Source: Parcubacteria group bacterium M10-OD1-1 (GTDB lineage Bacteria > Patescibacteriota > Minisyncoccia > Moranbacterales > UBA2206). Taken from it: a DNA stretch of 44,240 bases. A program made the translations under genes and the position numbers. The notes under the pieces were generated by a model that searched no databases, was not told where the DNA came from, and saw only the letters and a program-made list of their open reading frames with translations. Shown here piece by piece: positions 38,642 through 44,240 of this stretch (positions are counted from its first letter, which is position 1; each line of letters begins with the position of its first letter). The DNA lies in assembly GCA_003056145.1 (NCBI GenBank), contig LSNL01000007.1:1-44240 (forward strand). The letters run 5' to 3'.

Positions 38642-38972
38642 TTAATTCTTGCGAGTCATCAACTGTGCTAGTTGCATCACTTTCTTCTTGATCAGTAAAG
38701 TTTTTTTCAGAAGAAGCATCTTTAAGAACAGTTGAAACTATATCGTCAACACTTCCAGTAGGTTTAGAGAGTGTTGGCTCTTTGATAATTTCCGACGCTG
38801 GTTTTCCAGTAGTTTTGATTGTTGATTGTTTTTTAGCTAAAGTATTAACTGTTGGTGCTATAGCAACATTTCTGTCTAAGCCTTCTTCCATATAGAAGAA
38901 TAAATAGACTATAACAGCTAGTCCTGATAGAGCAACCACAAGAGCTAAAACTTCTATGGTTTTTTTTGACAT
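38610..38972 (-). CDS. Single-TM anchored low-complexity protein
   Basis: N-terminal TM, acidic S/T/D-rich tail; adjacent to the coiled-coil gene. Confidence 0.7.
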   Translation of the reverse strand: MSKKTIEVLALVVALSGLAVIVYLFFYMEEGLDRNVAIAPTVNTLAKKQSTIKTTGKPASEIIKEPTLSKPTGSVDDIVSTVLKDASSEKNFTDQEESDATSTVDDSQELNDLNQIYDSN

Positions 38973-39051
38973 ATATTTTTCTTTTAATTTTAATTTTAAT
39001 TATTTACTTAATTTTAGCGAAAACTCGACCTCATTTTCGCTTAACTACTGT

Positions 39052-39690
39052 CTATTCAATACAACAGTTAACAGCTTTTTTTACTAATTCTCCTAATTTT
39101 CCCATAAAATTATTCTCTCCTGGATTTTTAGGACCTTCTTTGACTGTATTTTTATCAACGGATTGACTATCGTCCTCTACTTTTAAGGCTAGCTTTATTT
39201 TATTATTCTCATGCTTATTCAGACTGCCTTCATCAATTTTTTGAAGGTCACTTGAATCAATTAGCTTCATATTAATTCCCCAAAAAAGAGAATAGAGATT
39301 ATAAGCTTTCTGAAAAAGTTCTTGAGCCTCTTCTTTTTTCCCCATTCCTTGTTGTTTAGTTCCAACTTCCATTAAGCGCATAGAAGCTGCCAATAAATGT
39401 TTAGAAATACACCAGATTTCTCCCTCAGGATCCTTAACAATTTTTTTTAGAAGTTCCCCCCTCATAACTCTTATTTCTTGTAACAAATCAAAATAATGAG
39501 GTTTGTTAAGCTTTGAACCAGTAAAGAAAAAGTGTTCTTCTATACTCACTAAATTCATAATAGCAATTGATAAATCTTGGTCGGAACTTAAATCTAGTTT
39601 ATCTTGCTTTTTCATATTATCTACTTTCTCAATAAATTCATTGATATTTTGAATAACTTTTTGCTTGTTTTTTGGTTCTTGATTATTCAT
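39052..39690 (-). CDS. Hypothetical helical protein ending in CCIE
   Basis: DLSIAIMNLVSIEEHFFF, WCISKHLL, C-terminal vicinal cysteines. Confidence 0.8.
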   Translation of the reverse strand: MNNQEPKNKQKVIQNINEFIEKVDNMKKQDKLDLSSDQDLSIAIMNLVSIEEHFFFTGSKLNKPHYFDLLQEIRVMRGELLKKIVKDPEGEIWCISKHLLAASMRLMEVGTKQQGMGKKEEAQELFQKAYNLYSLFWGINMKLIDSSDLQKIDEGSLNKHENNKIKLALKVEDDSQSVDKNTVKEGPKNPGENNFMGKLGELVKKAVNCCIE

Positions 39691-39698
39691 AGCCTTAA

Positions 39699-40220
39699 TT
39701 AGTTAATTATAAAATAAAAGATAGCACTTCCCAAAAGAAGCATTGAAACAGGAATAATAACTTTTTGAAAAGGAAAGAAAACTTTATTATTATTCATTTT
39801 TTTCAACCAACCATTTAAAGCTACTCCTCCTAAAAATAAAATACTGCCAACAAAAATACCTAACACTAATTTATCTATTCCCCAAAGCTTATTAAAAGGA
39901 TGCCCAATAATTTCATTGTAATATAATGGTCCAACAGAAAATAAATAATAGGCAATAACAGTAATTGTTTTTTGACCATAGAATTTAATTTTCTTTTTAG
40001 TTAACCATTCAATTGTCCAAATAGACATTGAGATGATTAAAGCTCCTATCCAAAGTCCAGTAATTGTATCATCAACCCCAAAGTATCTTGAAAGTCCCAC
40101 TCCAGCTCCAACAGCAATAGCACAAACTGGACAAATAGCTTTAGCTGGAGAAGCTATTAACCAAATAACCAAAGCCAAAAATGGCAATATTATTTTATTG
40201 GAAATTTTTTTTATCTTCAT
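39699..40220 (-). CDS. Multi-TM membrane protein with CPVC motif
   Basis: AICPVCAIAVGAG after a signal/TM segment; about 4 further TMs. Confidence 0.8.
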   Translation of the reverse strand: MKIKKISNKIILPFLALVIWLIASPAKAICPVCAIAVGAGVGLSRYFGVDDTITGLWIGALIISMSIWTIEWLTKKKIKFYGQKTITVIAYYLFSVGPLYYNEIIGHPFNKLWGIDKLVLGIFVGSILFLGGVALNGWLKKMNNNKVFFPFQKVIIPVSMLLLGSAIFYFIIN

Positions 40221-40612
40221 TTTATTTTGTCATCAAAGAATTTACTTACCTCAATTTCCCCTAGATAGCATCTCCCATTCGCCCAAAGAAAAGGTACGCC
40301 CAATTCTTTTATTTCTATTTTACATTGCTTAGCTTTTTCAACCATTAAGTTAGCATTAGCTTTATTATGAAAAACTTCTCTTTGAGAAAATTTTATTTTT
40401 TCTGTCGCCTTAATAGCTGATAAATGTTTCTCTAGTTTTTGACAATGAGGACATTCTTTTCCATAAAATAGAATTACAGAAGCATTATCTTTAGCCACAT
40501 CCGAAATCTTTTTTTGTTTAATCCCATTATTTCTATTAAGAGCATACACACCAATAATTATTAAAGTAAGAATAGCAATTAGAAAAATAATAAGATACTT
40601 TTTTCTGTTCAT
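40217..40612 (-). CDS. Membrane-anchored glutaredoxin/thioredoxin-fold protein
   Basis: TM anchor; LFYGKECPHC; cis-Pro motif GVPFL. Confidence 0.88.
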   Translation of the reverse strand: MNRKKYLIIFLIAILTLIIIGVYALNRNNGIKQKKISDVAKDNASVILFYGKECPHCQKLEKHLSAIKATEKIKFSQREVFHNKANANLMVEKAKQCKIEIKELGVPFLWANGRCYLGEIEVSKFFDDKIK

Positions 40613-40892
40613 TTTAATTGATAATTTTTTAATTTAGTAACCATAGTTAAGAAATATCTTCTAATAATTTTCATTATTTAATCTTAACCTTTTATTATAA
40701 TAACATTTTTTTCTTAAAAATAAAAATAATTAAAATAAACTAGTTCAAATCTATTCAGGACATCTATTAAATAATGGTCTCCTAATTAAATTTTAGAAAA
40801 ATCAATAAAAAAATTAAAACTGAAGACTCTACTCAAATGATCTTTCTCTAATTTTTTATACTTAATTAGTTCAGAAAATAATTTTAATTAAA

Positions 40893-40928
40893 CAAAAAAA
40901 ACAACCCCAATTACTCAGGGTTGTTTTT
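40893..40928 (-). terminator. Terminator after the RRM gene
   Basis: AAAACAACCCC...GGGGTTGTTTT with U-run. Confidence 0.8.
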
Positions 40929-40944
40929 AAATTTTTTCTGAAGA

Positions 40945-41244
40945 CTAGTATCTTCCTCCACCAAATCCGTTTCCAGTTCTTGGACGATCGGTTTTAGGAC
41001 GAGCCTCATTAACGGTTAGCTTTCTTCCATCATGTTCTTTTTCATTGAACATTTCAATAGCAGCTTGAGCTTCTTCAGGAGTACTCATTTCAACAAATCC
41101 AAATCCTTTGGATCGACCAGACATTCTATCAGTTATAATAATAGCTGATTGAACTGTTCCAGCTTGAGAAAAAAGTTCTTGAAGTGCTTCATCATTAATA
41201 TTGTAAGAAAGATTTCCTACGTATAATTTTTGTTCCATTTTCAT
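40945..41244 (-). CDS. RRM (RNP-1) RNA-binding protein
   Basis: KLYVGNL (RNP2), KGFGFVEM (RNP1), LTVNEARPK, Gly-rich tail. Confidence 0.97.
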   Translation of the reverse strand: MKMEQKLYVGNLSYNINDEALQELFSQAGTVQSAIIITDRMSGRSKGFGFVEMSTPEEAQAAIEMFNEKEHDGRKLTVNEARPKTDRPRTGNGFGGGRY

Positions 41245-41348
41245 TTTGCCTTATTTAAATTACGCATTGCAAGGCGACCGTTTCTCATATCGCTTAACAC
41301 TTACCTAAATAAGGCGAAACTTATTGAGAAGACTTACAACTGCTCTAT

Positions 41349-41427
41349 TCTAGCTTATTTATGATAAAAAGTCAAGTAAATTTTCTAGCTCTGTTTTTTT
41401 GACAGAGCTAAAACAAATTGTTAGAAT
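41349..41427. promoter_or_regulatory. Back-to-back sigma70 promoters
   Basis: Minus strand TTGACT-17-TAGAAT (about 41347-41375); plus strand TTGACA(41399)-17-TAGAAT(41427). Confidence 0.75.
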
Positions 41428-41804
41428 AATCATACGATTTAATCAAAAGTAGCCGCACATTTCAAAAATACATTAGAAATTAACAAAGATATATTTTCTT
41501 TTTAGTTTTTGATGCCCAATTCAGTAGCTGAGCTTTATAGACACAATTTTAAAAAGTATCCTCAGGAAAATTAAAAGTCACCCATTTTTGCTCAATTAGT
41601 AAAATATTTACTAGAAAATATTTTAAATGCATCAAAAACAATCAAAAATAGGCAAACTGCTTTAGAAAAATCAACCAACAATTCACCTTCTGAAAGTTCT
41701 CTCATCCAAAAAGCATAGGTGAAGACCGAAAATTTCGGTTGTCTCTTGATTAAATTGAAATATTTGCTATAATCAGGTTACTTTAGATTTTTAAAAAAAT
41801 ATAT

Positions 41805-41879
41805 TCCGCGATAGCTCAATGGTAGAGCAGTTGACTGTTAATCAATTGGTTGTAGGTTCGAGTCCTACTCGCGGAGCCA
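41805..41879 (+). tRNA. tRNA-Asn (GTT), CCA encoded
   Basis: TCCGCGA...TCGCGGA-GCCA; anticodon loop CTGTTAA. Confidence 0.97.
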
Positions 41880-41919
41880 AAAAAAATACAGAGTTAACTC
41901 TGTATTTTTTTTGGCTCCG
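41872..41919. terminator. 48-bp perfect palindrome/terminator overlapping the tRNA-Asn 3' end
   Basis: CGGAGCC-A8-TACAGAGTTAACTCTGTA-T8-GGCTCCG. Confidence 0.85.
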
Positions 41920-42056
41920 AACTCTGAACGAAATCCGAACTTTTTTTAAGGAAAATCCGCAAGCGGATTTAGAAGACTGACCACGCACGGAGCGTGTGGT
42001 AGCTCTGACTTCTTTCTTACGCTCCGATGAAATAGGTAATTTAATCGGTGCGTTTC

Positions 42057-42090
42057 CTCTCGCCTCCGCTCCGGCGAAACAAAACAGAAA
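42057..42090 (+). repeat. Repeat A, copy 1 (34 bp)
   Basis: CTCTCGCCTCCGCTCCGGCGAAACAAAACAGAAA, identical at 43995-44028; contains a TCGCC/GGCGA hairpin. Confidence 0.95.
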
Positions 42091-42295
42091 CGCGCGCGAG
42101 CTACAAGAGGTCGGTGAGGACATCGATGAAATTTCCGAAGACATTGAAGAGATTGGTGAAGACATCGACGAAATGTCTGAAGATGACGAAGAAGATGAAG
42201 AACATCGAAAAATACAAAATGTTATATTGGGCAAACTTACGAAAGATATCCAGCGCATCCTCGATGACCTTGAGACTCTGAAGCACTCGAGGTAA
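42083..42295 (+). pseudogene. 3' remnant of an acidic-repeat membrane protein gene (DUF1003-like, tentative)
   Basis: NRNARELQEVGEDIDEISEDIEEIGEDIDEM...DDLETLKHSR*; no plausible start; begins within the end of repeat A. Confidence 0.55.
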
Positions 42296-42297
42296 GA
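42266..42297 (+). repeat. Repeat B, copy 1 (32 bp)
   Basis: GACCTTGAGACTCTGAAGCACTCGAGGTAAGA; second copy at 43788-43819 with one mismatch. Confidence 0.95.
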
Positions 42298-42411
42298 CAC
42301 GAATACCAACAAGAAACTTCTTGGACTTCAAAATTAATCATTTTTTTATAAAAAAATAGCATCGGATTTTATTCCAATGCTATCAGATATGAACTGAAAG
42401 AACTTTTTAGA

Positions 42412-42630
42412 TTAGAACTGCCACCACTTTTTGCGTGGTTTTGGTTCTTCTAATAACTCTGTAATCTGCTCGACAATGAACTTATGTCGACCAGCAGTAC
42501 GATTAACGCTTATTAGGCGCATTATAACATCTCTCTTCCGTGCCCCGCAAAGGGCGTTTGCAAGTTCATCTACAAACCTTGCATCTTCTTTAAGTTGCTC
42601 CTTGGTTCCTTTGAAATATATTGTCGACAT
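42412..42630 (-). CDS. 72-aa hypothetical protein ending KPRKKWWQF
   Basis: SD GAGGGG at 42640-42645; 19 nt downstream of the DHH gene. Confidence 0.7.
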   Translation of the reverse strand: MSTIYFKGTKEQLKEDARFVDELANALCGARKRDVIMRLISVNRTAGRHKFIVEQITELLEEPKPRKKWWQF

Positions 42631-42649
42631 AATCTTTAGCCCCTCTAAT

Positions 42650-43459
42650 TTAGTTAGTATGTTTTAAAAACTCCTCAACTTTATCTTGATTGGCGTACCC
42701 TCCCCAAAAGGCGGTTTTACCCGCTTCCCCGAGACCAGCACCGCCTGACCAACCGTCAAATTTTTCCTGAAGTTTAAAACAAATTTCTCCGTCTCCGGAA
42801 AAATTTGTTTCTCCGTCTCCGGAAAAGACCACATACTGAGGAATATCTTCTCCCTCAGTAAAATTCAGAATGGCGAAGTAGTCCCCCACAGGACCACATT
42901 TCGAGTGACTCATACGAATCACCCGAATGGAGCCAACCATCTCAACAGGAGCATTCAAGGCCCTGCTGATTTCCGCCATCATATCCTCTGTAACCCCCTG
43001 AAGACTGCTGTCTTCATGCCGGATTTTTTTCACCTCCTCCTGCGTGGCAGGCGGTGACAAGAAACCCGTGCCGGGAATTTCCAGTGTGCCAGCAAGACCA
43101 GGAAACCAACCTGCATCGTTGGCAGCCACAATATGATCCCAACGAGTCGGCGGAACGCCGAGCAAATCAAGCACCTGCAATATAGCAGGTGGCTCATTCA
43201 CTCTGTCATTGTGATGATCAATCACGACTGCCGTTTCCGGCAAGTCGCAGTCAACCTCCAGCTCAATTAGAACTGGAATCTTCCCGGTTTTGGCAACCGC
43301 GGCGAACTCCTGTTCGCCGTAATCGGACGCTTTTGCGCCCCAGCCTAAACCCGCGTCGCGGACCTCGCAGCCCGCTTTTTCAAGAACTTCCGCGATGCGC
43401 GCCATTTCGGCGTCTGCACCGCCGAGAAAAAATACATAATTATTTAACTTGTTGTCCAT
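42650..43459 (-). CDS. DHH-family phosphodiesterase, NrN-like
   Basis: FLGGADAEM, VIDHHN, VAANDAGWFPG, IRHED...QGV, CGPVGD, FWGG. SD AAGGAG at 43467-43472. Confidence 0.8.
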   Translation of the reverse strand: MDNKLNNYVFFLGGADAEMARIAEVLEKAGCEVRDAGLGWGAKASDYGEQEFAAVAKTGKIPVLIELEVDCDLPETAVVIDHHNDRVNEPPAILQVLDLLGVPPTRWDHIVAANDAGWFPGLAGTLEIPGTGFLSPPATQEEVKKIRHEDSSLQGVTEDMMAEISRALNAPVEMVGSIRVIRMSHSKCGPVGDYFAILNFTEGEDIPQYVVFSGDGETNFSGDGEICFKLQEKFDGWSGGAGLGEAGKTAFWGGYANQDKVEEFLKHTN

Positions 43460-43555
43460 GATTTATCTCCTTAGATATTACGCCTTCATCATATTAGAAT
43501 CCGGCAATTTTATCCGCCCCAACACCGTTGGTTCAGAAATTAAAATTCATCGACT

Positions 43556-43609
43556 CTTGCGAGCAACGTTTTAACTATAAAAAATTACAATCAAAACATT
43601 GCTCGCAAG
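43556..43609. repeat. 17-bp inverted repeat (1 mismatch), 20-nt spacer
   Basis: CTTGCGAGCAACGTTTT ... AAAACATTGCTCGCAAG. Confidence 0.9.
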
Positions 43610-43732
43610 CACTTTGCACTCAACAAATTGAAAACGGAGTACATTTCATCGTGTTTTCAAAGAACAGCATTCAGATTTAAACAAATCTACTAATTAGTAA
43701 AGCATATTGAAGTTCATTTGTCAAGGACATGT

Positions 43733-43774
43733 ACTGAATTAACACTTGAGGTGCACGTCAAGTGTTAATTCAGT
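43733..43774. repeat. Perfect 17-bp inverted repeat, 8-nt loop
   Basis: ACTGAATTAACACTTGA-GGTGCACG-TCAAGTGTTAATTCAGT. Confidence 0.95.
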
Positions 43775-43787
43775 CTTAACAGTACGC

Positions 43788-43819
43788 GACCTTGAGACTC
43801 TGAAGCGCTCGAGGTAAGA
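43788..43819 (+). repeat. Repeat B, copy 2
   Basis: GACCTTGAGACTCTGAAGCGCTCGAGGTAAGA. Confidence 0.95.
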
Positions 43820-43877
43820 TATTAGGGTTGTAAACGAACTGATAAAAGTTTACGATTAAAAACTTCAAAATAAGTGA

Positions 43878-43950
43878 GGGCCATTAGCTCATCTGGTAGA
43901 GCGCATCCATGGCATGGATGAGGTGAGCGGTTCGAGTCCGCTATGGTCCA
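43878..43950 (+). tRNA. tRNA-Ala (GGC)
   Basis: GGGCCAT/ATGGTCC acceptor with G3.U70; anticodon loop ATGGCAT (A32-U38, typical of Ala-GGC). Confidence 0.96.
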
Positions 43951-43994
43951 CAAACGCGAACTTCGTTCGCAGACAGCACAACACGACCGCGCTA

Positions 43995-44028
43995 CTCTCG
44001 CCTCCGCTCCGGCGAAACAAAACAGAAA
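43995..44028 (+). repeat. Repeat A, copy 2
   Basis: Identical to 42057-42090. Confidence 0.95.
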
Positions 44029-44240
44029 TTTTTTCAATACATTTTTTTAATTTTTTTCTGCCCCCATTTTTTTCTTTTAATAGGAATTGAAAAATTTTCT
44101 GTTTTGATTTCCTCTTAATCAGAGAAAAGCGGAAACGCTCTATTTTTAATCGCAAAAGGGCAAAAATTCCTTCCCCCAGACCCCCTTCCTTTTTGCCCTT
44201 TTGTTTTTCGGGCTTCGCCCGATTTACACAGTACGTAGTC

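Larger units (their letters stand above)
42266..43819. mobile_element. GC-rich ~1.55 kb cassette flanked by direct repeat B (no integrase in window)
   Basis: Direct repeats, visibly higher GC, SD-led genes, located between two tRNAs. Confidence 0.6.

Noticed and set aside
194-40332. Short opposite-strand or nested track ORFs (e.g. 194, 685, 1490, 3544, 5939, 8458, 8468, 9661, 10287, 10689, 11022, 13924, 15145, 23633, 25397, 25825, 26293, 27585, 30224, 31419, 32640, 33033, 33736, 34885, 35178, 36326, 36733, 37164, 37740, 38966, 40033)
   Set aside because: They overlap well-supported genes or RNAs and have no recognisable motifs.
41842-42331. Track ORFs 41842-42312(-), 42048-42281(+), 42101-42331(-) and the start of 41996(+)
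   Set aside because: Shadow frames over the tRNA, hairpins and the acidic-repeat remnant.
42266-43819. Repeats A/B as a CRISPR array
   Set aside because: Only two copies each, 1.5-1.9 kb apart, with no spacer-sized intervals and no cas genes.
43822-44155. Track ORFs 43822-44037 and 43889-44155
   Set aside because: Antisense to tRNA-Ala and repeat A; no coding signal.
1-44240. Recoded genetic code (TGA=Gly, code 25)
   Set aside because: Conserved genes translate full length under code 11.
41880-44240. Integrase or transposase for the tRNA-adjacent cassette
   Set aside because: No recombinase motifs in any frame within the window; one may lie beyond the right edge.

Overview
AT-rich bacterial window, standard genetic code. 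Gene content and sparse Shine-Dalgarno (SD) use suggest a Patescibacteria/CPR organism, probably Parcubacteria/Moranbacteria-like (inference). Left end (1-8.6 kb): a tightly spaced, co-directional defence operon with HsdR, an HsdM-HsdS fusion broken by a small deletion/frameshift, a degenerate RuvC-fold protein, a Hanks-type Ser/Thr kinase, a putative HEPN protein, a small basic protein plus Doc, and an HTH-Fic protein. Next comes a more GC-rich leuC-leuD-leuB operon with no leuA in the window, directly 3' of tRNA-Leu/tRNA-Cys. The middle is housekeeping (pgi, manC, rnj, PLD, trpS, PMM, mpg, ychF-rpsF-ssb-rpsR, efp, smpB-tmRNA, infC-rpmI-rplT) followed by envelope/surface genes and a CxxC redox triad. 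Right end: a GC-rich cassette between tRNA-Asn and tRNA-Ala inside nested direct repeats (A-B...B-tRNA-A). It carries a standalone DHH-family protein whose motifs match the NrN SAM-AMP phosphodiesterase of type III CRISPR-CorA systems. Best candidates for new biology: the orphan NrN cassette, the RuvC-fold/kinase/HEPN module, the orphan leuCDB operon, and an S6:S18-type leader apparently wired to a transcription terminator. All family calls come from motif recognition by eye; no searches were run.
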